Positions 23,501 to 31,829 of a DNA stretch of 64,000 bases are shown here, piece after piece; position 1 is the stretch's first letter, and every line of letters starts with the position of its first letter. Source of the DNA: a virus; IMG/VR virus record IMGVR_UViG_3300020416_000002, one strand, 5' to 3'. The notes beneath the pieces are model-generated. The model had not been told where the DNA came from. It did not search any database and saw only the letters and a list, made by a program, of their open reading frames with translations. A program made the position numbers and the translations under genes.

Positions 23501-26500
23501 CAAACATCTTATATGGGAATGTATTTCTGACTAATTTTGAATTTTCAAAACTAAACGAAGTCTGTTTAATTTTTTCACCAGAAACTGTATTGACAATTAA
23601 TGGAAGAGCTCTATAAGTGTCTCCAACATAATATGGAAATTCTGGTTTATTATTAATATCTACTGTTGCATAGTATGCATAAATTCCATCGGGAAAATCT
23701 GGTGTTTTTGCAAATCTACCGTTATGTTCGTCTAAATCTCCTGTAGAGTCATAGTAATAATCTTCAATAAATGAACCAGCAGGCCAGTCTGTAACTGAAG
23801 GTCTATTTGTAATTCTATTAACATCTATCTTATATGAAGTCTGCATTCTTCTTGATGAAGACTGAATATTATCAGTATCATCAAATCCAAACGCACCATA
23901 GATAGGAATTCCATCATATGCCCATCCGATAATAGGAGAATGACCACTACCATCATCATTGAATGATTCTCTAATAGTATCCCCATATCCAATTGTCTCA
24001 ATTGCTAATCCACCATCAACAGCACCAAGAAAATCACCATTTACTGTACCAGTAGTCTCAAATTGATTAGTTGATAGTTTTCTTATTCTAGTAGAAAATG
24101 TTGCAGAGTCACCTGGTTCTTTAACAGTAACAAGTGCATTTCCAGCACTGTATCCAATACCTGAAGATATAACAACAACACTATCAATACCATCTCCGTC
24201 CATAACAGCACGAAGTTTTGCACCAAAAGCAGTTCCTGTACCAACAACTGTTAACTCAGGAGGACCGTTATATCCAACACCTCTACTTTGTACAAATGCA
24301 TCAATAATACGACCATTAATAATACTTAAACCAATTTGACCAAATTGTCCTTTAGTTAATGTAACTGCAGGTGCTTTTTCAAAATTGAGAATGTTTGATC
24401 CATAATCTCTACCCTCATCAAATAAAATAGCATCAACAATACTACCACGCACCACTGGTGTCGCAGTTAGTTTCACGATTTTATTCAAACTGGTGATAAC
24501 ATTTAAATCAACATTGATAGGAGGATAGAAAAAGTCCTGTTGATCTGTACCAGTGCTATCTAGTCTTACATACTCTTTATTGTCGAAGTTTGTAGTAACA
24601 GGAACATTAGAGGTTGCTAAACCAGAATTACATAATCTGAAGCGATCCTCATCGATTGTAAGAACTTGATATTGAGCGTCGGTTGATAATCCACTGATGA
24701 CTGTACCACCTGTAGAGGAGATACCGTAATGAACTACTTCTCCGTCTTTGAATCCGTGATTATTAAATTGAATAAAGTCTCTTGATGTACTAACACCAGC
24801 AGATAAGACTGATATTTTCCTGTTTGAATATCCTTCTCCACCACTGACCATAGTAACGCGAGAAATTCTTCTCTTAGTTTCAAAGTCTCTAAAGGCATGT
24901 ATGCCTGTGTTTAATGCGGTAGCGGCAGTGCTAAACCCAATTGTATTTACACCAGCAATAGAGTCTGCCTTAGATCTGTAAAGTTGGAAGATAGTGTCAC
25001 TAGAAACACCAACATAATATGATTGACCTTGAACTAAAGAAGTATCAATACCTACTGCAGCAGTTGTTGCTAACCCTACAGGAGCGTTGTTATTAGTTAA
25101 ATATACAATCCTATCACCAGTTTGATAGAAGTGGTCTGAGGGCGTAATAAACCTATTATCTACAGGATCAATTGTTCCACCATCATAGAAACTTTTTGAG
25201 TTAAACTCAAAGGTTCTGTAATTTAATTCTGTTACTGCTTGTGCCTTAGCACCTTTTCCGTTACCACCAAAAATATCAACAGAAACTACTTTATTAATTT
25301 CAAATTCAACAGGGTCAATATCAACATCAACAATCTCACCAGAAACTGATACTCTACCAAATGCAGTATTGACACCTGTACTACTATCTTCAATTACCAA
25401 TTTAGGAGGATTCATAACATCGTAACCCTCACCATCATTAACTACATCTAAAGATTGTACAGGTCCATAATAGATGTAATTGTCTGATTTATAGTTACGG
25501 ACTTCTACTCCGTTAATCAACATACCAGTATTACCAGAAAGAGTTCTTTCTGATGTAGTTCTTGTCTCTTTACCTAAAGTTAAGTCTTGTTTAAGAACAT
25601 ATCTTTTAAGAGCTCTGCCTGGAAAAATAGATTTGCCCGCTTGTTCTAAAATAACAAAATCGTGTGTGCCCGCAGTTTTAGGAGGAACAAATTCAACAGA
25701 AATTCCAGAAGGAATAAATGATCTTGATTGGTATAACTTAATTTGATTATTTAAAGTCAATACCTCGACAAAATATGATGCCCTATCTAATCCAGCAATA
25801 GGATCAGATCCTGATGAGGGAATATATACAATTTCATCACCAGTCCTAAAGGGAACAGGGTTTGCAAATGAAATAATTGTAAATCTATCAGTTAATGTGT
25901 TATATCCTTGGAAGTTACCCGCACCTACAGTAGGATTGACTAAAACTGAGTGAATTTTATCAGCATCGATGCGATATGATGGTAATGAGTTTGATGCAAC
26001 GAATCCTTCTACATCTCCACTCTCAGATTTGTTTTTATCAAGAATATATGTATTGGCAATGTCAGTTATGATCTGATTTTGACCACCTATGATAGGAACA
26101 ATGCTACTAGTTGATTTATTCTGAACTCTGCGAATATCATAGTTTAAACTAGGGTCAGTAACGAACGGAGCGTTAACATTAACTGAATTATTGGCACTAT
26201 TGACAATAGTAATCTTAAGATTGCTTGCAGCAACCGTTTCAGTGTTTCTAACAAGTAAATCTACAGTATCTCCTACCTTTAAACTAGAATCATCAATTGT
26301 TCCTGCTAAAGTTAAGGTAGAACCTCCTAAATCAGCAATTTGATATCTTGCACTAGTATTATAAATCCAAGAGTTAAAAAATATCTGTTCGTACGACTTT
26401 GAAGTGGATGGATTGGTAATAAAGCGACCTAAGTTCTTAACTTTGATTCTAGACTCATTACTTAGTCCAAATAATTCTTGATTACTGGTAAAATCTCTAA

Positions 26501-27731
26501 GAACGCCAGTAACTCGCATATTGACCCTTTTTGAAAGGTCATTATTTTCAAAACCGTAAACTACAGTAGGTGTAAAGATGTTTGTAGTCGAAGGAATGTC
26601 ATTTTTAGTGGTGCTTACCCCAATAAATTGATTAACAGTCTTTTCAGTGTAATCTACAACCTGATAGAAAGAATCTGTAGACTGTCCAATTTCAATAGTG
26701 CCAGTTTGACCAAAACCGATAGTAGAGTCAACAGTTAACACTGTTGCACCAAGTCCAACCTTACCAATTACTTGAGTTTTGCCAGGAACTGCAAATGTGC
26801 CTTGAATTAAGTCCCTATCATCATAACCAATGAATACAGACAACCTATAAAAGTTATCTCTTATCTGAGTTACCTCAGAAATAGGTCCGCTTGCTTCATT
26901 TACATTAGGATTGTTCGGTTCATTGTCTTGATACAGTGTTTGACCAACTAAGTTCAACGGATCACCGTCAACTAACTCAATTGCAAAGGATTCTCGTCTA
27001 AGATAGTTTGCATATGATGGTTTAATCAGATATTTCTCAAGATCATTGATTTTTGGTTCTAAACCAAATAATGCTTTGAATAAAATCTTAAAAGATTCGT
27101 CAGTACCCTTAGATTCATATAAACTTCTTGCCTCTTTGACAAAATTTACTACATCTAGTTCTGGACTAAGTTGTACACCCTCTAAACCAGGTGTGTACAT
27201 TGTTTTTAATTTCTTATATACCTCATTTAAGAACAATGCACTTAAGTTTTGAACTTTAGTGCCCTGAGCGTGTTCTCCTGGCGTCGAGGTGGAGTATACT
27301 AACTCACTAGGTGCATTTTCCTTACGGAATGTTGTAATACCACTAAAACCTCTTACACACCCCTTAAAGCAGTTACTAGTAATACCACTATATGTAACAA
27401 TCTCATCACCAATCTTTAGTAAACCCCATTGAGCGGGAAATCCACTAGTAGTAAAGGTTCCAATACCAATCTCATCATCAGTAGCACTAATACTAGCAGC
27501 TAATGCAACTTCACCCCTAATAACATCTTGAGTTAGGTTATCAATACGAATATATTTGTCAATATTCTCAGAAATATCTGCAGCACCACCTTGATGGTCT
27601 TGTGAAATATAATATTGCGATAAAAAGTCCTCTAACAGAGGATTCTCAGTAATTGCGAACTCTGGAACATAGTCCGAAACTACTTGGTATGTCTTAACTC
27701 TGGATGATAAGGGGCTATAGGTTTCTAACAT
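14541..27731 (-). CDS. gp7: Baseplate wedge initiator gp7 (giant, 4396 aa)
   Basis: FLSQYYISQ..Y-x-SKGT-x-x-S-F-K-I-L-F, YYQNMSY..HPTG and HSPIIGWAYDG-x-PIYG motifs; lies between gp6 and gp8. Confidence 0.85.
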   Translation of the reverse strand: MLETYSPLSSRVKTYQVVSDYVPEFAITENPLLEDFLSQYYISQDHQGGAADISENIDKYIRIDNLTQDVIRGEVALAASISATDDEIGIGTFTTSGFPAQWGLLKIGDEIVTYSGITSNCFKGCVRGFSGITTFRKENAPSELVYSTSTPGEHAQGTKVQNLSALFLNEVYKKLKTMYTPGLEGVQLSPELDVVNFVKEARSLYESKGTDESFKILFKALFGLEPKINDLEKYLIKPSYANYLRRESFAIELVDGDPLNLVGQTLYQDNEPNNPNVNEASGPISEVTQIRDNFYRLSVFIGYDDRDLIQGTFAVPGKTQVIGKVGLGATVLTVDSTIGFGQTGTIEIGQSTDSFYQVVDYTEKTVNQFIGVSTTKNDIPSTTNIFTPTVVYGFENNDLSKRVNMRVTGVLRDFTSNQELFGLSNESRIKVKNLGRFITNPSTSKSYEQIFFNSWIYNTSARYQIADLGGSTLTLAGTIDDSSLKVGDTVDLLVRNTETVAASNLKITIVNSANNSVNVNAPFVTDPSLNYDIRRVQNKSTSSIVPIIGGQNQIITDIANTYILDKNKSESGDVEGFVASNSLPSYRIDADKIHSVLVNPTVGAGNFQGYNTLTDRFTIISFANPVPFRTGDEIVYIPSSGSDPIAGLDRASYFVEVLTLNNQIKLYQSRSFIPSGISVEFVPPKTAGTHDFVILEQAGKSIFPGRALKRYVLKQDLTLGKETRTTSERTLSGNTGMLINGVEVRNYKSDNYIYYGPVQSLDVVNDGEGYDVMNPPKLVIEDSSTGVNTAFGRVSVSGEIVDVDIDPVEFEINKVVSVDIFGGNGKGAKAQAVTELNYRTFEFNSKSFYDGGTIDPVDNRFITPSDHFYQTGDRIVYLTNNNAPVGLATTAAVGIDTSLVQGQSYYVGVSSDTIFQLYRSKADSIAGVNTIGFSTAATALNTGIHAFRDFETKRRISRVTMVSGGEGYSNRKISVLSAGVSTSRDFIQFNNHGFKDGEVVHYGISSTGGTVISGLSTDAQYQVLTIDEDRFRLCNSGLATSNVPVTTNFDNKEYVRLDSTGTDQQDFFYPPINVDLNVITSLNKIVKLTATPVVRGSIVDAILFDEGRDYGSNILNFEKAPAVTLTKGQFGQIGLSIINGRIIDAFVQSRGVGYNGPPELTVVGTGTAFGAKLRAVMDGDGIDSVVVISSGIGYSAGNALVTVKEPGDSATFSTRIRKLSTNQFETTGTVNGDFLGAVDGGLAIETIGYGDTIRESFNDDGSGHSPIIGWAYDGIPIYGAFGFDDTDNIQSSSRRMQTSYKIDVNRITNRPSVTDWPAGSFIEDYYYDSTGDLDEHNGRFAKTPDFPDGIYAYYATVDINNKPEFPYYVGDTYRALPLIVNTVSGEKIKQTSFSFENSKLVRNTFPYKMFGDGASYDFVYQPYNFVSQVALPSKLNRGNLTSVSVGQPGIGYSIGSNIEFNNDDTGGTGASAFVSKLTGKDINKIQTEFLTYDNTVFKWYPDRVVGRIEPLHELQLEDDVIISGLSTAVDKLNDSHKISVVEFSTKLLDDGFVGVVTDIRVQSIPSTLSVGSSVGFGTTAGIGSETAAVLNIFRDDSVLRIRRSVGVGSTQQTGIAVTYFPNEYTIPIRTDAFESDPDRKIFFNPTETVGFGTTVGQSVSKSYQYLGVTKTRSVKTQTIFLENHGLKTNDQLSFSVPTGGSAISVATSSIFAGTFSLPSTVFAVAKNENVIGVKTTKDSKELVFISGGSDAYDYLFEKQNTNLTGRTQRIKGKVQTSSAHELETGDTIDLIVKPGLTTGIGTTSFVDLRIIDDYLIANPLTVDTTGINTVTNRITALSHGLITGDRVYYYGDDLPGGITQREYYVIKVDQDTIQLSETLKQAIAKTPTVVDITSVGIGSWSVNPINPQLRPFKDNTVKFDLSDPSLTGFQLKFYYDSNFFNEFVGTGSSEGFEVVGVTTLATVGIASTNPDSDGHPTVKLNYSDNIKTLYYNVFGPSGLSTNDRTVLNANEIKFVNSNYNGNHKVISVASTEFSFNLKGIPESLEYKADDCEKLFYETTSPNATGGIATVRLISGGFEYAKLPGISSIAGNGINATLIPESDNINRLEQMNVPDDVYGYPSDNTLKPDAFIPRLVSIDSFGTIGEVNVISGGKFYVNAPSLVLFDKATGEIVDSGLITCELSDSAVISAKVSVEPVGLSNNEFGVAPVRNSNGISILSVESQGGIMTCRISTPVLGYVAEPFAIGDSVVVEGISFNNDGDGFNSGDYKFVPFTVSDYNDAVNPRQVTFDLTGVSTNPGTGATVTFGFGQLVQSDFLAEFEAVKVLSDFIPNEPFTKNDKPNADIQLDFIDKNSAKIILSGAEPLNVGDRLTGKLSGSKARVIDITEFDGSFNLDSSVRTIVGWRDNIGIINDTNQVLPDNDYYQNMSYAIESPKTYEDLVNYVNDIVHPTGLKNFANTEVFVEGKPGDTNKPAEDAGGLVLDFIGDPLRVDSIAYFDLARDFLSVGNISKFVELKNTRLSDFILNKTNRVLQIDDISPQFVSNESNDLSDFRVVAQYPAGRFFQRFLTQTVFEAEDPAKNHYQLNEFISLTVDRNTYLLQKVQIKNFDQVGITTSYGDFDTIYDDANQKTRLIFRPTEPFDTDYKVKSLQTNFSDDVGTGSTAFGHVRLDGGVVLAGAASTLGVSSTTNIIGVSTVSTTAAVIQAIVIDTPGENTVEGNQVDYLEYALMHDGTDTYLTELAAFNTKQNLSGLSNPRFIGTFTSEIDGGLLKLNFANDRQRSVKVKVKTTAIDPSTVGATNYRFKIPFTPDGTERTGRLETTSQAKAGISTIVGITSITDLSVRTTVHVAYGATQSIHSLYLLSDPEKGQSFITENPIAAIGSTTGVGTFGSTYRPNGDLNIEFHPSVAGIVSVTAFSEVLYKQSDPNGTLDGIGELNYGQVFESVAQNTYLGINNRDLKSFDLTHKGTPIYARETNIADPSQLDYAFGIFNQKHFFMPFEQLTYTADSNLIGVAGTGLVYYTGAGSTARLPEEVFAIKNNNNQYQIATSEINARAGIAVTFVPGSGAGNQHRFSMRKRDSKSMISISGLVQKPISFTSVNYDLDVPVSGFVTAFVLSGISSIQSGDLLKIEDEYSIVRTVGFGTTTIGPVIGLGTNLLVEVERGAVGTAATPHSAGETVRVFRGSFQILDSTIHFTQAPLGGDIGIVNPNNLPFARATFGGRTFLRNDYSKNQLFDDLSVSFDGLESTYPLTSIGAAVTGIGTTGGNGVLFINNIFQAPFSENNPESNFKILESPAGIASVQFTGISSFGFTDPIIDIDDVNENQLPRGGIIVSVASTPGRGYAPFVGSKVVPQVNSNGNIIDVIGIPTVTGTGFQISTAAYNNSTGILQVTTATNHGLTIDDQVKLVGLYFTCPKDDVGTPTNFVYNPATGITTVTLPDHGLSNGDAISFRENSITMSCTMGTGNKTYPRPTDPLAGNNQYLTISNVTTNTFRVNVGAAGTNVFWNPTDADYDPNAGIMTVTIGTHDLYVGKGVVIPDNSFSFTCAQDGNTAVKTYPRATDPASGASLEVVAVGTATANISTAIYDPTAGILTATSASHGLMVGNRIQIAGDSLTFTCSKDNHATPHSYPRLTDRIRDKWVAVASTTVNTFSIDVGSSNGIFPHFDASEHLLLSVASNALIKQTGTIDLNVGTGGTGTSAHTFVSAATSAVQSLPQSAHTFVSAAPNAVQTLNYVGVTTNIFPDYDQSTDITEVISPTVFNTNVGPSTIPHTYTGGGSPYAFKFLDDLTFGSGYNQLSGVLEVCVHDYSGVGTGATITATVGAGGTLIYSITGPGTNYSSDAILDVADPNGSNLGIEGTFRTGIGSTTLTGVGASITVDVIGLSTNFVGMSTAPEFELSEVYIWKFTKFGYGFKVGDKFTVAGLSTDPQAGDLFLPFEIEVVNIFNDDVAAWQFGNIDYIDNIRPFQDGNRLRYPLYYQDQLISFETDTNDPDSKEIDLAPVLLIFVNGILQEPGKHYEFTGGTSVSFDTAPSVEDEVFIFFYRGTVGNDSILFDVNEIIKIGDSLELFKSPEIELNQVAVDASNFEQTEPRIVVNYASASIVETPFYQGSGVNNDNFKPFRWNKQKEDKVFGGGLVSKARDTLEAQIVPTANILAGYAATDTELFVDHTERFRDLDGQLDADFGLFIYNVGVGTTAQAGVNYELWNNIEPINANVQGYIGLITGITTSAGIGTDLGLVLQLDMNALVNANNASYVQEFEQGYPFKLFDSGISPAAGVITSVDTHDSDPIGISTFELDNIYYAHGLHWDGSARTGVITCNIHSGTDVTGIVGVGSTAFPAAKFTWGRFGAATRDVVNPLTITAKGLNYNSDLDEWPIAKRTNIGLRNTGALGKTL

Positions 27732-27736
27732 CCTTT

Positions 27737-29656
27737 TTATGACCTAATGATTGTTCCGTTGGAGTAACTAGAGGTAACCTTATACCCAATTCCAGAAATT
27801 TGCTGTCCAGAAGATATGGTGTCTCTCACGATATTTATCCTACTATTAGACATGTCTAATTGAAGGTAAAGATCTTTCAAACCAATGATATCATTAGATT
27901 CTGGATATGCTTGAACTTCAACCAACCCAGATGATCGTTCAGTGTCAACAATATTGATAGTATTGATGATAATTTCACCCTTCACATAGTCTACGGTACC
28001 TGCAGACTTAAGAATAACTGATGTTTGGGTATCATCAATCTCAGACAACTGAACAACGGCAATATTTCCTGTCTTTAAGTCTTCATTTGGAATATCGGCA
28101 AAGTATAACATATTAGGATTGCCATTAACCTTAAATCCTGTACTCTTAATGTTTCTACCTAAAGGATTGACATGGAATTGGTTACCAAAGCACAATTCAT
28201 ATTGAGTAAATGCATTTAAGATTGGTTTAAGATCTCTTCTAATTGTTAGTTTAGTAATATTCGATGTAATTGCACTATTTGTATTGTCAATAACCGATAA
28301 TGCGTCGGAATATTTAAATCTTCCACCAAATGCATTTAAATTAGTCGATTTTCCGTAAACATTGAGAGAATTTGTGACCTGTGCCTTCAATCCGTCAGTA
28401 TCACTGAAGACAGTTGGGTTATAATATGCATTTACATCCAATTCTACATACAAAATCTTAAGATCGATGATTCTTTGGTTAATACCTGCAATAGAATAAC
28501 TTTTTAATCGATCTAAAATTAAAGATTTACTAAAATCGGATAAAAATGTTGCATTTCTAGGTTTAATGCTTAAAACTACAGTTCCAAACTCAGGAGGATC
28601 TAATTCTTCTCCACCAATAACAGAAACTGACTCTGCATCTGGAAAAACACTCTGAATAATTGCTTCATAATCCTTTGCTGTAACCGCTCTGTACTGCGAC
28701 GAGTAGATTCTAGGTGCGATATACTTAATAGAGTCAATATCTTCGATCTCACCGCCTCCTTTAGCGGTTTGAACCGTTTTAACAACTACTGTTTCTGATG
28801 AATCAAGAGGATTTCCTGAATCATCTACAGCATTTCCACTATATGAGAAAAATTTACCATCATTTCCGTCTACACCATCAGTAACAATGTATGTTACCTC
28901 AATTCTATCTCCATTTTCAATTTTTTTACCAAATAAACCGTCGCCAAACAGTAATTCGTACTGTTCATCCTTAACTTCTTGAATTAAAAAGATATTTGAC
29001 TTCTCGTTAATGCCTGTAATGTTATCTAATACAGAATATTCAAGTCCTGCGGACGCTCCTGCCTTAGTAACAAAGACTCTAATGGAATCTGTATCAATAA
29101 ATGAGTTTTGTAATACAAATCTTTGGTCTTTTTGACCATTTGCAGTAAAAGTTTTCTTAAGTAGAGTCCCTTGGAAGATATTTAAGTTCCTAAACTTAGC
29201 ACATCTGCTAGGATTTGTCTGTGATGGACTATTTGCGTCAATTGGAGACGCTACACTTATGTCATCTGGGATAGAAAATGTAAAAGATGTGTTATCTTGA
29301 GCACCTACACAGACTAAACCCTTCCTTAAAGTGACAGTATTGCTATTTCCGTTAAATTTAAAGTCAAAATCTACGATTGCCTTTGAAGATTTACGAGATC
29401 TAGGCACATATCCGATATTTCTTGCCAATGAAACAACATTTTCTCTTAATGTTGCCGAATCCAAGAAGGATTCGTTGACCACCATATTGCTATTAAACGC
29501 TGTAATATAGGTATTGTACGCCAAAATGTCGATTAATATCGACATATTTGATCCTTCGTAGTCAAAATCCGTAAAATTACTGTTCGCACGAAGATAATCC
29601 CTTATCTGGGACTTAATTTGATCAAAATCTAAGTTAGTAAACTTCGTTACGGGCAT
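27737..29656 (-). CDS. gp6: Baseplate wedge subunit gp6
   Basis: LDFDQIK..FTDFDYEGS..LAYNT..ESFLDSA and QYRAVT motifs. Confidence 0.93.
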   Translation of the reverse strand: MPVTKFTNLDFDQIKSQIRDYLRANSNFTDFDYEGSNMSILIDILAYNTYITAFNSNMVVNESFLDSATLRENVVSLARNIGYVPRSRKSSKAIVDFDFKFNGNSNTVTLRKGLVCVGAQDNTSFTFSIPDDISVASPIDANSPSQTNPSRCAKFRNLNIFQGTLLKKTFTANGQKDQRFVLQNSFIDTDSIRVFVTKAGASAGLEYSVLDNITGINEKSNIFLIQEVKDEQYELLFGDGLFGKKIENGDRIEVTYIVTDGVDGNDGKFFSYSGNAVDDSGNPLDSSETVVVKTVQTAKGGGEIEDIDSIKYIAPRIYSSQYRAVTAKDYEAIIQSVFPDAESVSVIGGEELDPPEFGTVVLSIKPRNATFLSDFSKSLILDRLKSYSIAGINQRIIDLKILYVELDVNAYYNPTVFSDTDGLKAQVTNSLNVYGKSTNLNAFGGRFKYSDALSVIDNTNSAITSNITKLTIRRDLKPILNAFTQYELCFGNQFHVNPLGRNIKSTGFKVNGNPNMLYFADIPNEDLKTGNIAVVQLSEIDDTQTSVILKSAGTVDYVKGEIIINTINIVDTERSSGLVEVQAYPESNDIIGLKDLYLQLDMSNSRINIVRDTISSGQQISGIGYKVTSSYSNGTIIRS

Positions 29657-29661
29657 GTTTT

Positions 29662-30057
29662 TTACCTAGTAGCTTCTAATAAGAAGGAAAATTGGGTTAT
29701 CGGTATCTCTTCACCGACAATATTAAACGCGATTTTCACTTCAAAGGCATTATCGTCAGGTTTAGGTAACGCATCAACCTTTACATTAGCAACTCTTGGT
29801 TCAAAAATCTTCAAAAGATCCACAATTTGTGTTGCAATTATACTTCCTGTTGCAACATCGATGAATCCAAACAAATTATTTGTGATATTAGACCCAACAT
29901 CTGAATAAAATCGCTCTTTCAGACCAGTTTGAATCAAATTTCTAACACTACGCACAATTGCCCTCTCATTTTTTAGTACATTTAAATCACCAGTAACGGG
30001 ATTTGGTACAAATGAGAGGTCAATGTCTTTATATGAGCGGGATTTTAAGGTCGCCAC
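29662..30057 (-). CDS. gp25: Baseplate wedge subunit gp25
   Basis: YKDIDLSF..NPVTGD..AIVRSVRNLI..FEPRV. Confidence 0.9.
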   Translation of the reverse strand: MATLKSRSYKDIDLSFVPNPVTGDLNVLKNERAIVRSVRNLIQTGLKERFYSDVGSNITNNLFGFIDVATGSIIATQIVDLLKIFEPRVANVKVDALPKPDDNAFEVKIAFNIVGEEIPITQFSFLLEATR

Positions 30058-30082
30058 TAAATTTAAAAATAGATATCAGGGT

Positions 30083-30090
30083 TATTTATA
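30083..30090 (-). promoter_or_regulatory. T4-type late promoter TATAAATA
   Basis: Exact consensus ~26 nt upstream of gp25, heading the baseplate operon. Confidence 0.75.
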
Positions 30091-30098
30091 TCCTAATT

Positions 30099-30314
30099 TC
30101 AACATCCTTCAGAATCGTGAGTAATTTCAAGATCTGGGTCTTCTATTTCGATCTCAATTGAGTCATCATCCATCTCCCACTCCTCATGGATAACGAATCC
30201 AAGTTCGTGAAGAGTGGTATGTACTGCAGTTCGTACATATTGTTGAGTGGAGAGGTCATCACCAATAGGAAGTTCTGAATTTACGGAACCGTCTGGTGCA
30301 ATAGTCAGTTTCAT
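30099..30314 (-). CDS. Hypothetical acidic protein
   Basis: 71-aa ORF, co-oriented with neighbours. Confidence 0.6.
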   Translation of the reverse strand: MKLTIAPDGSVNSELPIGDDLSTQQYVRTAVHTTLHELGFVIHEEWEMDDDSIEIEIEDPDLEITHDSEGC

Positions 30315-30344
30315 AATTAAAAGGAGTTTAGGAGATACTGGTAT

Positions 30345-30557
30345 TTAGTTTGGTTTATCAACAATTTTTACTTTATATACTAGAGTTCTCGACTTCTTCT
30401 TTTCAAAATGATAATCGATTCTATTCTTTAACCAATATAGAAATGTAAGTACAAGAATAAATTGAATACCCTCTCCCCAAGAGAGATTCCATGCATCATT
30501 AAGATCGAGACTCGCCGCCGCGAGCAGTTCGCGGGTCGCTAGAAGTTCAGTACCCAT
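30345..30557 (-). CDS. Hypothetical membrane protein
   Basis: 70 aa with hydrophobic segment GIQFILVLTFLYWL followed by a basic tail. Confidence 0.6.
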   Translation of the reverse strand: MGTELLATRELLAAASLDLNDAWNLSWGEGIQFILVLTFLYWLKNRIDYHFEKKKSRTLVYKVKIVDKPN

Positions 30558-30709
30558 TATTTTCCTTGCCCCCTATAAGGTTTACGAGCCGAGTTACGGG
30601 ATGTGGCAGAATATTTAGAATTCTTACTATTACCTTGCCTCGTCTTTTTAGCGGGAGTGTCAACATTATAGGAGGTTCCCATAATATTAGTCTTTAGTTG
30701 TCTTGCCAT
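30557..30709 (-). CDS. Small basic conserved cyanophage protein
   Basis: Start re-called at MARQLK; ends KKTRQG..KPYRGQGK. Confidence 0.7.
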   Translation of the reverse strand: MARQLKTNIMGTSYNVDTPAKKTRQGNSKNSKYSATSRNSARKPYRGQGK

Positions 30710-30866
30710 AATAAGTTTCGTGAGAGATTGTCTGAGGGTCAGGATAACCTGTCTCATAATAACATGAGGATAGTTCAGTCATTTTATCCATGAACTCCTC
30801 TTCGGAGAGGTCAGAGTAAACCTCCCCACCTTGTATAGTAATTTTAAATAACTCTTGTTTTTTCAT
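30687..30866 (-). CDS. Small conserved hypothetical protein
   Basis: Start re-called at MKKQELF; LSEEEFMD..YYETGYP. Confidence 0.6.
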   Translation of the reverse strand: MKKQELFKITIQGGEVYSDLSEEEFMDKMTELSSCYYETGYPDPQTISHETYYGKTTKD

Positions 30867-31605
30867 GACCAACACGAATACGAGGATCACACCAGATCTC
30901 GAAACCTGCGTTGAGTGCATCGAGACAGAATGAAACATCTTCTCCGCACATGTCCTGTACCTCTCCAGACTCAAAGACCTGCATCTTAGGAGCAAACCAT
31001 GGGTACTTCATCTCTTTATGTTCCCATACACCATGCTTGATAAGCACCCAACCAAATCCTGTGTAGTCAACAGTGAAAGGTTTACGACGCTTAGTCATGG
31101 TCTCACCAGTTTCATGATTCATGACACCACCGTTATTACGGAAGTTATCTTCATCCAACCAGTGTGCAACTGAGGTAGTCTGACCATCTTCTGTCATATA
31201 CCAACCTGCAGCAATCTCTTTATCCATGAGAACAAGTTGCAACAACTTCTCAGTATTAAAGACAATATCGCTATCGATCCAGAGTTGATAGTCATACTTC
31301 AGTTTACCATCCCAAGGAATTTGGTCAGGTCCTCTTAGTACATTAGCACCAAGACACTTACAGCGAGCAAAGTTAACCATGCTACTATAGTCTTGGGATA
31401 TCTGAATACTTACTCCATGCTGTACCAGATCGAAACACATCTGTACAAAATTCTTTAGAAATACAAATGAGCAACCACGACCAGGCATACAAAAGACAAG
31501 ACTCTTGCCCTTCAACATTTCCCACGCCGCGTCATAGTCCCATTCGTTCTGCCCTGCCTGTTTCTTTGGAGGGTTCTTAGCTTTAACAGTAAATCCTTTA
31601 GCCAT
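30844..31605 (-). CDS. GT-A-like glycosyltransferase-family protein
   Basis: WIDSDIVF (DxD), VDYTGFGWVLIK, GEDVSFC and RVGHEK motifs. Confidence 0.75.
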   Translation of the reverse strand: MAKGFTVKAKNPPKKQAGQNEWDYDAAWEMLKGKSLVFCMPGRGCSFVFLKNFVQMCFDLVQHGVSIQISQDYSSMVNFARCKCLGANVLRGPDQIPWDGKLKYDYQLWIDSDIVFNTEKLLQLVLMDKEIAAGWYMTEDGQTTSVAHWLDEDNFRNNGGVMNHETGETMTKRRKPFTVDYTGFGWVLIKHGVWEHKEMKYPWFAPKMQVFESGEVQDMCGEDVSFCLDALNAGFEIWCDPRIRVGHEKTRVI

Positions 31606-31627
31606 AATTAATTACTTGGACATCAGT

Positions 31628-31656
31628 ATTATAACAGATTATATATGCACAGTCAA
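31628..31656 (-). promoter_or_regulatory. sigma70-like promoter
   Basis: TTGACT-17 nt-TATAAT upstream of the 31605 start. Confidence 0.75.
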
Positions 31657-31829
31657 TAAGAGGCATCTGCGAGACCTTCATCATCTTGTTCTACTCTCAA
31701 GACTTCATGTTCATTGAAGTCTATTCTTCTTTCTTTAATTTTCTGTAGTAGTTGATCCTCATCAATGTTAACGAGGTCGTGACTTACTGGGTAGTTGTCT
31801 CTACCGTATACATGGAATGTGGTTCTCAT
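31653..31829 (-). CDS. 58-aa hypothetical protein (not in ORF track)
   Basis: MRTTFHVYGRD..EGLADASY; start overlaps the upstream gene's stop. Confidence 0.6.
   Translation of the reverse strand: MRTTFHVYGRDNYPVSHDLVNIDEDQLLQKIKERRIDFNEHEVLRVEQDDEGLADASY

Noticed and set aside
740-28785. Short plus-strand and off-frame ORFs within the structural genes
   Set aside because: Antisense or frame shadows of long genes with biased codon usage.
30519-30535. GC-rich hairpin CCGCGA-GCAGT-TCGCGG
   Set aside because: Short, inside a CDS and without a U-tract; insufficient support.
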